A stretch of 64,000 bases of DNA. Source: an uncultured delta proteobacterium. Lineage in GTDB: Bacteria; Desulfobacterota; Desulfuromonadia; Desulfuromonadales; BM103. Below the pieces are notes generated by a model that was not told the origin of the DNA, ran no database searches, and saw only the letters and a list, made by a program, of their open reading frames with translations. The translations under genes were made by a program, and so were the position numbers. The stretch's first letter is position 1. The number at the start of each line of letters is the position of its first letter. Positions 22,834 to 32,605 of the stretch are shown here, piece by piece. The stretch is from the NCBI GenBank assembly GCA_963715335.1, contig CAVQRZ010000002.1:17458-81457 (forward strand). The letters run 5' to 3'.

Positions 22834-24638
22834 TATTTGTTTTCCTTGACTTTCAGAATGGCGAGGAAGGCTTCCTGCGGCAGTTCGACATTGCCAACCT
22901 GCTTCATGCGCTTTTTGCCTTCCTTCTGTTTTTCGAGCAGTTTGCGCTTACGAGTAATGTCGCCGCCATAGCATTTTGCCGTGACATCTTTGCGTAATGC
23001 CTTAACCGACTCGCGGGCAATCACCTTGTTGCCGATCGCGGCCTGGATCGCCACCTCAAATTGTTGCCTTGGAATAAACTCCTTCATCTTGGAAACCAGT
23101 TCACGCCCGCGATACTGGGCTTTTTCACGATGCACGATCAGAGAGAGGGCGTCGACCAGGTCACCATTGATAAGGATATTCAGTCGAACCAGTTCACTCG
23201 ACCGATAGTCGAGATGCTCGTAATCCAGCGAAGCATACCCGCGCGACAAAGTTTTCAGCCGATCGTAGAAATCGAGGACGATCTCGTTGAGTGGCAGTTC
23301 GTAGATGACCATGACCCGGTTGGCGGTCAGGTATTTGATCTCACGCTGTACACCGCGTTTTTCCTCGCAGAGCGCCAGCACCCCCCCGACGAACTCGTTG
23401 GGGACATGAATCGAAGCGAGGATAAACGGCTCTTCCATGCTTTCAATGTACTGAACATCAGGCAGCTTGTTGGCGCTATCAACATTGAAAGTTTCGCCCT
23501 TGGTTGTGGTCACACGATAGACAACGGTTGGCGCCGTAGTGATCAGGTCGACGCCGAACTCACGCTCGAGACGCTCCTGGACAATCTCCATGTGCAGCAG
23601 CCCGAGAAAGCCGCATCGGAAGCCGAACCCCAGCGCCATCGAATTTTCCGGTTCGAACGAGAACGAGCTGTCATTCAGACGCAATTTCTCCATGGCATCG
23701 CGCAGATCATCATAATCGCCGGAGTCGATCGGATAGAGCCCCGAGAAAACCATCGGTTTGACTAACTTGAAGCCCGGCAGAGCCTGGTCTGCGCCATTGC
23801 GAACGTGGGTAACCGTATCGCCGACCTTGGCATCATGAACGACCTTGATACTGGCGGTGATAAAGCCGACCTCACCTGCCGACAATTGATTTACTGCAAC
23901 AGGTTGCGGGCTGAACACGCCGGTCTTGAGGACTTCATACTCCTTGCGACTGGCCATGAACCGGACCTTGTCGCCCTTTTTTACCGTCCCGTCCACGACC
24001 CGAATCAAAACGATGACTCCCTGGTACGAATCGTACCAGGAATCAAAGATCAGGGCTTTCAGTGGTGCATCGGTATCGCCTTCCGGTGGCGGGATCTTCT
24101 GTACAATAGCTTCGAGGATCTCATCGATCCCGATGCCTGCCTTGGCACTGGCCAGGATCGCATCGCTCGCATCAAGGCCGATGATCTCTTCGATCTCCTT
24201 GCGCACGCCTTCCGGGTCAGCGCTTGGCAGGTCGATCTTGTTCAAGACCGGGAAGACTTCGAGATTCTCATCAATAGCCAGATAGACGTTGGCGAGAGTC
24301 TGGGCTTCAACTCCCTGGGAGGCATCGACAACCAGCAACGCCCCCTCGCAGGCTGACAAAGACCTGCTGACTTCGTAGCTGAAGTCGACATGGCCAGGGG
24401 TGTCGATCAGGTTGAGGATATAGTCGCGACCGTCCCTGCCGTGGTAATCCAGTCGAACAGCCTGGGCCTTGATCGTGATGCCACGCTCACGTTCCAGATC
24501 CATCTTGTCAAGGTACTGGTCGGTCTTCTCACGATCGGACAGCGCCCCGGTTGCCTCGAGGAGCCGGTCTGCCAGGGTCGACTTGCCGTGATCAATGTGG
24601 GCTATGATGGAAAAATTGCGAATCTGTAACTGTTTCAT
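22833..24638 (-). CDS. lepA: translation elongation factor 4
   Basis: [56 protein letters not shown]. Confidence 0.98.
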   Translation of the reverse strand: MKQLQIRNFSIIAHIDHGKSTLADRLLEATGALSDREKTDQYLDKMDLERERGITIKAQAVRLDYHGRDGRDYILNLIDTPGHVDFSYEVSRSLSACEGALLVVDASQGVEAQTLANVYLAIDENLEVFPVLNKIDLPSADPEGVRKEIEEIIGLDASDAILASAKAGIGIDEILEAIVQKIPPPEGDTDAPLKALIFDSWYDSYQGVIVLIRVVDGTVKKGDKVRFMASRKEYEVLKTGVFSPQPVAVNQLSAGEVGFITASIKVVHDAKVGDTVTHVRNGADQALPGFKLVKPMVFSGLYPIDSGDYDDLRDAMEKLRLNDSSFSFEPENSMALGFGFRCGFLGLLHMEIVQERLEREFGVDLITTAPTVVYRVTTTKGETFNVDSANKLPDVQYIESMEEPFILASIHVPNEFVGGVLALCEEKRGVQREIKYLTANRVMVIYELPLNEIVLDFYDRLKTLSRGYASLDYEHLDYRSSELVRLNILINGDLVDALSLIVHREKAQYRGRELVSKMKEFIPRQQFEVAIQAAIGNKVIARESVKALRKDVTAKCYGGDITRKRKLLEKQKEGKKRMKQVGNVELPQEAFLAILKVKENK

Positions 24639-24881
24639 ATATTGAAGTACGGATACCTTACGGCGAACCTATATTCATGCGACAGGTGTGAAAACGGATT
24701 TTTTCAGAACAATGAAAAATATCGGAATATTACAGTTTTGTAAAGGATCAAAAGCCTCCAGGATACATTTAGCTCGCGCGGGCTATAATCGAATCGGCTT
24801 TGTTCTTGCCTGAAGCAATTCCCCTGTTTAAGATGAGCATCGCTGTGCCATGCTACCAATGCCGTTTGTGGAGAACAATTC

Positions 24882-26759
24882 ATGTCTCTGATCATCGATA
24901 TGCTGCACGAAAGCAGCCTTAAATACTCACAAAGAACAGCCTTGCGTTGCAAAATAGCAGGGCGCTGGACTGACTACAGCTATGAAACGATCTGGAGCAC
25001 TTCTGACCGCGTAGCGGCCGGACTTGCTGAATGGGGGATTGAGCATGGCGATAGAGTCGCTATCCTGGGGACATCCTCACCAGCCTGGGTGATGGCCTAC
25101 CTTGGCATTCTCAAAAGCAACGCTATTGCTGTGCCTATTGACAAAGACCTCAAGCAGGGAGAAATCCGCCACATCCTGACCGACTGCGATGCACGCATCC
25201 TTTTCACCGAGCGGCCATTCACCGAGACGATTAGCGACATTGCGGACAACCTGCCGGCACTGGAAAAGGTCGTCCACCTGAATCATGCGCCAGCCATTGG
25301 CAACCAGCTTTCCTCCCGAGCAGAGCAGACCCTCGCCGAGCTGGTCAACGAGTGGCAGCGTTTAAGCGATAAATACCGGATCCACGAAGACGACATCCAG
25401 AATTTTGAGAGGCTGGCGGAAGAGTTCCAGGCCATGGTCACTCCACCGACCGCCATGAATAACCAGGAAAAGAAGAATTTCATCAAACGTTTACGCCTGG
25501 CTCGCAGCCAGACCCCGCCGCTTCAGAATATCGAATCGCTGGCTGATTTCCAGAAACCGTCGATGCCGCCCAGGTTGACAGTTCAACCGTACGATCCCGC
25601 TGTCATCCTTTATACCTCGGGGACAACGGGCCGCTCCAAGGGCGCCATGCTGAGTCACGCCAATATCACGAGCAACGTTCGCGCTGCCATAGAACTGTTT
25701 GACCTCAAACCTGACATGCATACCCTCTCCTTTCTGCCGATCAACCATGTCTTCGAACAAGTCGCCGGGATCATCCTGCCGCTTGCAGTGGGCGGCAGGG
25801 TCTCTTTTGCCGAAAGCCTGCGTAAGCTGGGCGACAACCTCGGCGAAGTCAAGCCCAACTTCCTGCTCGGTGTTCCGGCCGTGTTCCGTCTGCTCGCAGA
25901 TCGAATGGAAAAACGGATCGAGAGTCAGAAACTGTCACGATTGCTCTACTCATTTGCGCCGACGCGGCCACTGGTGACCAGGAAGATAAGAGAGGCCTTC
26001 GGCGGCAACCCGGTTTTCATCAGCGGTGGTGCGGCACTTGACCCGATCATCGCAGCGAAACTCATGGACCTTGGGCTGAACGTTTACCAGGGTTATGGCA
26101 TTACCGAGACTTCTCCGGTTATCGCAGTGGAGACACCGAGGTTCAATCGTCTCGGCACGGTCGGCAGACCCATGCCTGGCATAGAAGTCACGATTCACAA
26201 GCCGAATGCGGAAGGCATCGGGGAAATCTGGGTGAAGGGCCCCAACATCATGCTCGGTTATTACAACAACCTGGAGGCGACCAATCAGGCGATTACCGAC
26301 GGCTGGTACCATACCGGCGACTTGGGGTGTATCGAGGAAGATGGAGCCCTGAGAATCTGCGGCCGGGCCAAAAACCTGATCGTCACCGCAAACGGGAAAA
26401 ATGTGTACCCCGAAGAAGTTGAAAATGAAATGTTAAACAGTCCTTTTATCGAGGAAATAATGGTTTATGGTCACAAGGTTGACAAGATTTCTGAAGAAGT
26501 TTACGCCATCATATATCCGAGCCAGGACGGCCTTGACGCCTACGCTTTAGAGCATGACAGTGGCCCGTTAAGCCTCCCTGATGTTGAAGAAATCATCCGC
26601 AGGGAACTTCTCGAGAGAGGCAAAGCACTGGCGGACTACAAGCGGATCAAGCGATTTACGCTGCGGGAAGATGAATTCCCTAAAACGACGACCCGAAAGA
26701 TCAAGCGATTCGTCGTTGAGGCTGACATCAATACTGGAGAACCGGGGACAGGCGGCTAG
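24882..26759 (+). CDS. long-chain fatty acyl-CoA synthetase (AMP-binding family)
   Basis: YTSGTTGRSKG, QGYGITETSP, YHTGDLG, GKNVYPEE, PKTTTRKIKR. Confidence 0.88.
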   Translation: MSLIIDMLHESSLKYSQRTALRCKIAGRWTDYSYETIWSTSDRVAAGLAEWGIEHGDRVAILGTSSPAWVMAYLGILKSNAIAVPIDKDLKQGEIRHILTDCDARILFTERPFTETISDIADNLPALEKVVHLNHAPAIGNQLSSRAEQTLAELVNEWQRLSDKYRIHEDDIQNFERLAEEFQAMVTPPTAMNNQEKKNFIKRLRLARSQTPPLQNIESLADFQKPSMPPRLTVQPYDPAVILYTSGTTGRSKGAMLSHANITSNVRAAIELFDLKPDMHTLSFLPINHVFEQVAGIILPLAVGGRVSFAESLRKLGDNLGEVKPNFLLGVPAVFRLLADRMEKRIESQKLSRLLYSFAPTRPLVTRKIREAFGGNPVFISGGAALDPIIAAKLMDLGLNVYQGYGITETSPVIAVETPRFNRLGTVGRPMPGIEVTIHKPNAEGIGEIWVKGPNIMLGYYNNLEATNQAITDGWYHTGDLGCIEEDGALRICGRAKNLIVTANGKNVYPEEVENEMLNSPFIEEIMVYGHKVDKISEEVYAIIYPSQDGLDAYALEHDSGPLSLPDVEEIIRRELLERGKALADYKRIKRFTLREDEFPKTTTRKIKRFVVEADINTGEPGTGG

Positions 26760-26792
26760 CGTTTGGAGGGTTGGTTGAGCTCGAGGGCCGTA

Positions 26793-26978
26793 TCAACTTT
26801 CTTCCACAAAATCTATTGCATCATGCGGACAGGCCGGGATACACAGGCCGTCAAGATCGCATCTTGCATGGTCGACAACTGCCTTGCCATCTATGATATG
26901 TAATGCACCGTGCGGACAAGCCTTGAGACACTCCCCGGAGCCACGGCATTTACTCCTGTTGATCAGAATCTTCATCAC
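26793..26978 (-). CDS. small ferredoxin-like 4Fe-4S binding protein
   Basis: CRGSGECLKACP and CDLDGLCIPACP (two ferredoxin motifs with the second Cys replaced by Ser and Asp). Confidence 0.8.
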   Translation of the reverse strand: MMKILINRSKCRGSGECLKACPHGALHIIDGKAVVDHARCDLDGLCIPACPHDAIDFVEES

Positions 26979-27022
26979 TGCTCCATGAAATGCGCAAGAG
27001 TCACTGCAAAGAGGTGAAGGTC

Positions 27023-27727
27023 TTACCTGGATGGCTGTTTATCGGAAAAACGCACGACGGCCTTGTGTATTGAGTCCGGCAGGCCGATGAATTTTACACC
27101 TAACCCATTCGGATAATGTGCTTTCATCGGATTCGGTTTGCGATTCAGCCAGGTGACTTCTCCACTGCAAATGATTGAGGACACCGGTCCGTCCGGCAGC
27201 TTGAACTGCATATTAATCAATGTGCCGACAGGGACCTCGGCTGGAGTTTCGATGAACATGCCACCACCGGAAATATCCAGGCATTTCCCGGCAAAATCTT
27301 CACCACCAAAAGCGAAGGTCATGCGGAAAAAACTTGGCTGGCGGTGTTCTCGAATCCCATCAAGGAATTTCCTGCCTGCCTGCAGAAAAGAATGCCTGTC
27401 CAACGGTTTGACAAGATAGGCATCACAACCGCTCCTTTGAGCCATCTCAGGCTGTTTCTCGGCATTCTGGTCGCAGACCATGACGATGGGGATGGAACTC
27501 ATAGCGGGATCGTGTTTAATTTTGCGACAACAGTCGTCACCGCCTTCATCGGGCAACGTAAAGCTCATGTAGATCAAGTCAGGCCGCTTATTGCGAATCA
27601 TGGCATGAACTTCCGTGCAGTTTCGCGCTTCGAGTATCTCGACAGGAGCCTTTTGCAGAAATTTACTTTCGATTGCCCTGAAGAACATCGAGTCATCGGC
27701 CAGAAGAATGTGTAACTTTGCGCCCAT
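27023..27727 (-). CDS. receiver-like domain plus PilZ domain protein
   Basis: ILLADDS...YLVKP (REC) and DISGGGMF...GEVTW...GLGVKF (PilZ). Confidence 0.85.
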   Translation of the reverse strand: MGAKLHILLADDSMFFRAIESKFLQKAPVEILEARNCTEVHAMIRNKRPDLIYMSFTLPDEGGDDCCRKIKHDPAMSSIPIVMVCDQNAEKQPEMAQRSGCDAYLVKPLDRHSFLQAGRKFLDGIREHRQPSFFRMTFAFGGEDFAGKCLDISGGGMFIETPAEVPVGTLINMQFKLPDGPVSSIICSGEVTWLNRKPNPMKAHYPNGLGVKFIGLPDSIHKAVVRFSDKQPSR

Positions 27728-28036
27728 ACCCTCCCCCTCCCCATATACTTACCTGCCGCAGCAACAGCGTAAAGCTATTCCCGCCGGATCGAAAAGCCCA
27801 CGAACAGTCCCACAGGCTAAACGATAATTCGCTGCTCTTTCTGCTCTCCAGGCAACAAGGCTGTTGACCACATCAGGTGTCTGAACTTCACACCTTTAGA
27901 TGAGCAATAATCCGATCGGCTCACTTTTTTTCGTGTCGGGCGACACTTTAAAAAGATACCACCACTTCCCAAGTCAATGCAACGCCCTGCACAAGTCCGT
28001 CATGGGCGTAAAACGCTGCCTGGGCAGCGTTGAGGC

Positions 28037-28873
28037 TTAGGCTTTGACAATCGTCCCGACGTTGGCGAAGAAAACCTTGTTGGGGAATTTTGCATACAAC
28101 TGGGCGGAACGGATCTGTCCGGTGCAGTGCGAAACGCCCAGACGATCAAAATCCAGCTTTGCAAGGTAGCCCACCGTTGCGGCAAACTGCTCATCACTGG
28201 CAGGGCCAAGATGCGTACCGCCGACAATCGCATGAATCCGGCGGTTATCAAGATTCTTCCGGAACCATTCAACAGTGTTCATCAGCCCGGCATGCGCGCA
28301 ACCAAGCAGGATTACAAGGCCCTTGGCCGTTTCTACGGCGAGGGCCGCATCATCGGCAAAAGGGTCATTCATCCAAGCGTTGCCGGTCTCGGAACGCCTG
28401 ACAAGATGGGGGTCGCCTGTTTCCAGTGCGACTTTTCGGGCTATTTCACCGCTGAGATAAATTCCGGGGGCCAGCTCGGTGAAGTCTTTGACGAAGACGA
28501 ATTCCGCGCCGGCGGCTTCAAGTTCGTCGCGGCTGAAAGGCAGGCTGATATTTCGTTGTTCATGTTGCCCGTTCCAGAATCTTTCGCTGAATATCTCAGG
28601 GTGGGCATAGACACGTCGAGGCCCGGTCGCGCGAAGCAGCGACAGGAGTCCTCCGCAATGGTCATAATGCCCGTGGCTGAGGATGACCCCGTCAAGCTTT
28701 TGGTGATCAAGGCCGAGAGCTGACAGATTGGCCAGCAGGGTATCTCCGCTGCCGGTATCAAACAGCCAGCGTCCGGCAGGCGTCTGCAGCAGGCAGGCGA
28801 AACCGTGCTCAGCGCATGCGGCGATTGGCCGACCAACCGTATTTTCGCAGACTATATCCAGCTGTAAAGACAT
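28037..28873 (-). CDS. MBL-fold metallo-hydrolase
   Basis: EHGF, LFDTG, LSHGHYDHCGG, GCAHAG, GGTHL, HCTG. Confidence 0.88.
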   Translation of the reverse strand: MSLQLDIVCENTVGRPIAACAEHGFACLLQTPAGRWLFDTGSGDTLLANLSALGLDHQKLDGVILSHGHYDHCGGLLSLLRATGPRRVYAHPEIFSERFWNGQHEQRNISLPFSRDELEAAGAEFVFVKDFTELAPGIYLSGEIARKVALETGDPHLVRRSETGNAWMNDPFADDAALAVETAKGLVILLGCAHAGLMNTVEWFRKNLDNRRIHAIVGGTHLGPASDEQFAATVGYLAKLDFDRLGVSHCTGQIRSAQLYAKFPNKVFFANVGTIVKA

Positions 28874-28954
28874 ATTACGAACGGGCTTTCAAGCAATCAA
28901 GCATAGGTGTATAGTGTGCCGCACATCAACCAACCCCCGGAAGGATTCAAATCA

Positions 28955-29263
28955 ATGTCAGACAATAGAGCCATCGTACTTACCGGTAAGCAGAATCGCT
29001 ACCTGCGCGGCCTGGGCCACAACCTGCAGCCCTTTGTGATGATCGGCAAACACCATCTCAGCAAGGATGTCATCAAGGCAACCGATGAGGCCCTCGAAAC
29101 ACACGAACTGATCAAGGTCAGAATTCAGGAAGGCTGCCTTGAAGACCGCAAAACCGTAGCCTCGGAACTCGCTACAGAAACCGGTTCAGCCGTCGTTCAG
29201 GTCCTCGGTAAAACCTTTCTGCTCTATCGCCCCGGCAAAGAGCAGACCATCACCCTCCCCTGA
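28955..29263 (+). CDS. yhbY: YhbY-family (CRM domain) RNA-binding protein
   Basis: LTGKQNRYLRGLGHNLQP, HELIKVRI, VVQVLGKTFLLYRP. Confidence 0.92.
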   Translation: MSDNRAIVLTGKQNRYLRGLGHNLQPFVMIGKHHLSKDVIKATDEALETHELIKVRIQEGCLEDRKTVASELATETGSAVVQVLGKTFLLYRPGKEQTITLP

Positions 29264-29282
29264 CTCCGGGACGCAGCCCCTC

Positions 29283-30416
29283 TCAGACTCTCTCGTAAGG
29301 TTCGAAAAGCCGCTTGTATTCATCAAGGGCGTAGCGGTCCGTCATCCCCGCGATATAGTCACAAATAACCCTTTCCCGGCCATATTCCTCGTACTTGTCC
29401 TGGTAACTGCCCGGCAACAGGGTTGGGTGCTGCAGGTAATTTTCAAAGAGTATGGTGAGGAAACGCTCTGCCTTGATGCGCATCCGTTCAACCTTGTAGT
29501 GGCTGTACAGGTTTTTATAGAGAAAAGCCTTTAACTCCCTGTTTCGCTCAGCCGTTGCCCTGCTGAACATCACAAGGTTGCCGTCATGGGTACGAACAGC
29601 CTCCAGGGTAGAGATCCCTCCGGCTGATAAGTTCATTCGGGTTTGTTCAACCAGGTCGAAAATCAGGTGGCCGATCAGATGACTGATCGTCTGCAGCACT
29701 TGACGTTCCTCGTCCAGCATCGGGTACTTTTGCTTGACCCGAACATACGTTTCAGACCAGAGGTCTACTCCCATCAAGGCTTCCGGCTTGAGGTAACCCG
29801 CCTTCAGCCCGTCATCTATATCGTGGTTATTGTAGGCAATTTCATCGGCCAGATCAATTATCTGTGCTTCCAGGGTCGCACGCAGGTCGGGGCGGTACTC
29901 CTCAAAGCCTGAGCCGTCCGGGATGTCATAATCTGAAGAGTGCTTGATAATCCCTTCCCTGGCTTCCCAGGTCAGGTTCAACCCGTTGAAGCCCGGGTAA
30001 CGTTCTTCCAGGAGTTCGACAATCCGCAGAGATTGACGGTTATGTTCAAAGCCGCCGTATGGCTGCATCAGCCGGTCAAGGAGGCTTTCGCCGGTATGGC
30101 CGAACGGGGTATGCCCCAGATCGTGGGCCAGGGCCAGCGCTTCGACAAGGTCCTCGTTCAGACTCAGCCTGCGGGCAATGCCACGACCGATCTGGGCGAC
30201 TTCAAGGGAATGAGTCAAACGCGTGCGATAATAATCGCCTTCATGATTGACGAAGACCTGGGTTTTGTACTCAAGGCGCCTGAATGCCGCACAATGGATG
30301 ATCCGATCCCGATCCCGCTCGTATGCAGGCCGATCATCCTTGTAAAGTTCATCATATCTGCGACCGCGTGACGATTCGCTCTGGGCGGCATATCCGGCCA
30401 ATTCCGCTCTTTTCAT
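29283..30416 (-). CDS. dgt: deoxyguanosinetriphosphate triphosphohydrolase (HD family)
   Basis: RDRDRIIH..AFRRLEYKTQV, RTRLTHSLEV, AHDLGHTPFGH, DYIAGMTDRYA. Confidence 0.93.
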   Translation of the reverse strand: MKRAELAGYAAQSESSRGRRYDELYKDDRPAYERDRDRIIHCAAFRRLEYKTQVFVNHEGDYYRTRLTHSLEVAQIGRGIARRLSLNEDLVEALALAHDLGHTPFGHTGESLLDRLMQPYGGFEHNRQSLRIVELLEERYPGFNGLNLTWEAREGIIKHSSDYDIPDGSGFEEYRPDLRATLEAQIIDLADEIAYNNHDIDDGLKAGYLKPEALMGVDLWSETYVRVKQKYPMLDEERQVLQTISHLIGHLIFDLVEQTRMNLSAGGISTLEAVRTHDGNLVMFSRATAERNRELKAFLYKNLYSHYKVERMRIKAERFLTILFENYLQHPTLLPGSYQDKYEEYGRERVICDYIAGMTDRYALDEYKRLFEPYERV

Positions 30417-30488
30417 TCAACCCTCCACTCGTTGCCATTAAAGCCGTGCTGCATAGGATCTGTCAAGCCTGTAATGACGTTGCCAGGC

Positions 30489-30517
30489 TTGACCATAAAG
30501 ATCGATTGTGCTAGTTT
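30489..30517 (+). promoter_or_regulatory. putative sigma70 promoter for rsmD-coaD
   Basis: TTGACC-N17-TAGTTT with TG upstream of the -10. A divergent TTGACA (30461-30466, minus strand) faces dgt. Confidence 0.45.
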
Positions 30518-30562
30518 TTTTCGTATGTTACGCGTTCCTAAAGGATTTTATCAGGTGGCTGG

Positions 30563-31126
30563 ATGAGGGTCATTGCCGGCACTTCACGCGGCAGGCGTCT
30601 GGTCACTTTCAAAGGCCATGATGTACGTCCGACTCCAGACCGTGTCAGGGAGGCGCTGTTCAGCATCCTGCAGAGCAGGCTCGGCGACTTTGCCAACATC
30701 AAGGTGCTGGACCTGTTTGCCGGTTCCGGAGCCCTGGCAATTGAAGCTCTCAGCCGCGGGGCCGCGACAGCCTGCCTGGTGGAAAACGCTCCGGCATCGG
30801 CAAACATCATTCGCGAGAACCTCGAGCGTTGCCAGTTGACCGAAAAAGCCAAGCTCACCAACAGGGACGTTTTCCTGGCCCTGCGTGACTTCCCTCGAGA
30901 ATCGTTCGATCTGATCTTTCTTGACCCGCCATATGGCAGGAACCTGGCAGAGCGGGCTATCCTGGAAATAAGCCGACATGGAGTGCTCTGCAATGCTGGA
31001 ACTCTCTGTGCAGAAACCGGGGCGGATGAAATCCTGCCTGAGACAATCGGCCGGCTGAAGATTTTTGACCGGCGCCGTTACGGTTCAGTTATGATACACT
31101 TCCTATGCAATGAGGGGCTGACATGA
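30563..31126 (+). CDS. rsmD: 16S rRNA (guanine966-N2)-methyltransferase
   Basis: [32 protein letters not shown]. Confidence 0.93.
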   Translation: MRVIAGTSRGRRLVTFKGHDVRPTPDRVREALFSILQSRLGDFANIKVLDLFAGSGALAIEALSRGAATACLVENAPASANIIRENLERCQLTEKAKLTNRDVFLALRDFPRESFDLIFLDPPYGRNLAERAILEISRHGVLCNAGTLCAETGADEILPETIGRLKIFDRRRYGSVMIHFLCNEGLT

Positions 31127-31608
31127 ATAAAAAAATTGCCGTTTATCCTGGCTCATTTGATCCGATCACCTACGGGCATCTGGATATTATCGAACGTGGT
31201 CTGGAAGTTTTCGATAAAATCGTTATTGCCGTCGCCCGGAATTCCGAAAAGAAGAGTCTTTTCTCCACCGAGGAGCGGATTCGGCACATAAAAGAGGCCG
31301 TTGGTGACAATCCGTGTGTTTCGGTTGACACGTTTGACGGTCTGCTGGTCGATTATGTCCTGTCCAAGGGCGCCAGGGTCATCCTGCGCGGCCTGCGCGC
31401 AGTCTCTGACTTCGAATACGAGTTCCAGATCGCACAGATGAACCATAACCTTAAAAACGAGGTCGAGACACTCTTCATGATGACCTCGGTTCCTTACGGT
31501 TACCTCAGTTCATCGATCGTTAAGGAAGTTGCAAGCCTGAAGGGGCCTGTTGAAAGCCTTGTTCCGCCCGTGGTCAGACAAGCTCTGGCAGAGAAATTCG
31601 GGGTTTGA
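31123..31608 (+). CDS. coaD: phosphopantetheine adenylyltransferase
   Basis: [31 protein letters not shown]. Confidence 0.97.
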   Translation: MNKKIAVYPGSFDPITYGHLDIIERGLEVFDKIVIAVARNSEKKSLFSTEERIRHIKEAVGDNPCVSVDTFDGLLVDYVLSKGARVILRGLRAVSDFEYEFQIAQMNHNLKNEVETLFMMTSVPYGYLSSSIVKEVASLKGPVESLVPPVVRQALAEKFGV

Positions 31609-31630
31609 AGAAATGATTGAAGGAGGAGCC

Positions 31631-31840
31631 ATGATCACACGTGAAATGACAATCGCCGACATCATTGCCAAGCACCCGGAAACGATTGAGGTCTTCCGTG
31701 CCTTCGGTCTTGACTGCATGGAATGCCAGATCGCCGACTACGAAGAGGTTGAGCATGGTGCCGGGGTCCACAATGTGGACATAGTGCTACTACTCGAAGC
31801 CCTGAATAAAGCGGCCAGAGGATCAGGCGCGGGCTCCTAA
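31631..31840 (+). CDS. DUF1858-domain small protein (second paralogue)
   Basis: MITREMTIADII..HPET.EVF..FGLDCMECQIA; AGGAGG RBS before the ATG at 31631. Confidence 0.85.
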   Translation: MITREMTIADIIAKHPETIEVFRAFGLDCMECQIADYEEVEHGAGVHNVDIVLLLEALNKAARGSGAGS

Positions 31841-31933
31841 AGACCACGGGAGCCCTCCCGCGCTGTCATCAATCCACAGGAAGGCTGCCGGCAGGTGATC
31901 ATGGATAACCGGAAAGGACGGTACAGCCTTTCT

Positions 31934-32525
31934 CCAGATTGTTGACAACCCCCGCATCAGATGCGGGGGTTGCTTTTTTCCCCTGACAGATGTCTTTTTG
32001 TGAAACTTGGGGCAACAGGGGGTTAATCTGTTGCCCTCTTTCCTTTTCTTGAAATGCTTAAAAGCAAAACCGGCGGGTCGCGTCCCGCCCGACGCCATAC
32101 TTTTGTCCGGCAACAAAAGTATGCAAAAGTGCCTTCTCCTTGCGGAGGGCATCTCCTCTGCCGGATGTCTGTGACTTCAAGAACCTTTACTGATGGGGAT
32201 CCGGCCCTGTGTCAAAGGGCCTGACCTTGCCGTGTAATTTACCAGGGAAAAACCAAAACAACCTCTATAAACGCAAGTCTCTACAGCAGGAGAGGCTCTC
32301 AAGAGCCTCGGTTCCTGCGGGGGAAGTGTAGGCTCTTGGTCGATCAGAACAACCTGAATTGAGGTCGCCGCCTTGACGAGCCAGACATGCCCAGCGCAGC
32401 GCAGGCCCTTTTCTGCTAGCAAAAGAGTAAGGCGCAGTCGGGGGGCGCACCCCCCGGGTTTTGCCTTTGTCTTTGAATGCCAAAGAACAACAGCAAAGGG
32501 CAACAGATGAACCATCTGTTGCCCT
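31934..32525. repeat. composite intergenic repeat, locus 1: terminator hairpin, degenerate REP-like palindrome (32009-32037), structured core (32070-32458), REP-like palindrome (32497-32525)
   Basis: Highly similar to 62735-63804; many hairpins; no credible ORF. Confidence 0.9.
31946..31979 (+). terminator. intrinsic terminator-like hairpin, also present at 62747-62780
   Basis: caacccccgca-tcaga-tgcgggggttg followed by cT6. Confidence 0.75.
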
Positions 32526-32605
32526 AAACCTCAATCTGGGGGCAAGCATTATAAGCTTGCTCCACTGTGTCGATAGTTCAACGCTGCGCTGCGGCAGCGA
32601 ACCCG

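Noticed and set aside
24840..24852. 13-mer catggcacagcga shared with about 51704-51716 as a sigma54 or regulator site
   Set aside because: Spacing does not fit GG-N10-GC, and 13-mer matches are expected by chance in 64 kb.
29283..30416. dGTPase as an anti-phage defence gene
   Set aside because: Short housekeeping-type dgt in a core context (yhbY, rsmD, coaD), with no defence-island neighbours.
31844..31935. Possible SRP RNA or other small RNA after the second DUF1858 gene
   Set aside because: Some pairing potential (cggga/tcccg, gctgt/acagc, atcca/tggat), but the SRP CAGG..GGAA..AGCAG motif is absent on both strands.
31942..31947. TTGACA inside the shared terminator region as a promoter for the element
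   Set aside because: No -10-like hexamer at 16-18 bp in either copy; that position falls in the GC stem.
32070..32458. Core as RNase P RNA, tmRNA, group II intron fragment or GEMM riboswitch
   Set aside because: I could not find their hallmark motifs (GAGGAAAGUCC, GGGG..GA start with a TΨC/CCA end, domain V, GCAAA..GAAA..GACGCAAAGC). Multicopy tandem occurrence also argues against single-copy RNAs. A covariance-model search is still needed.
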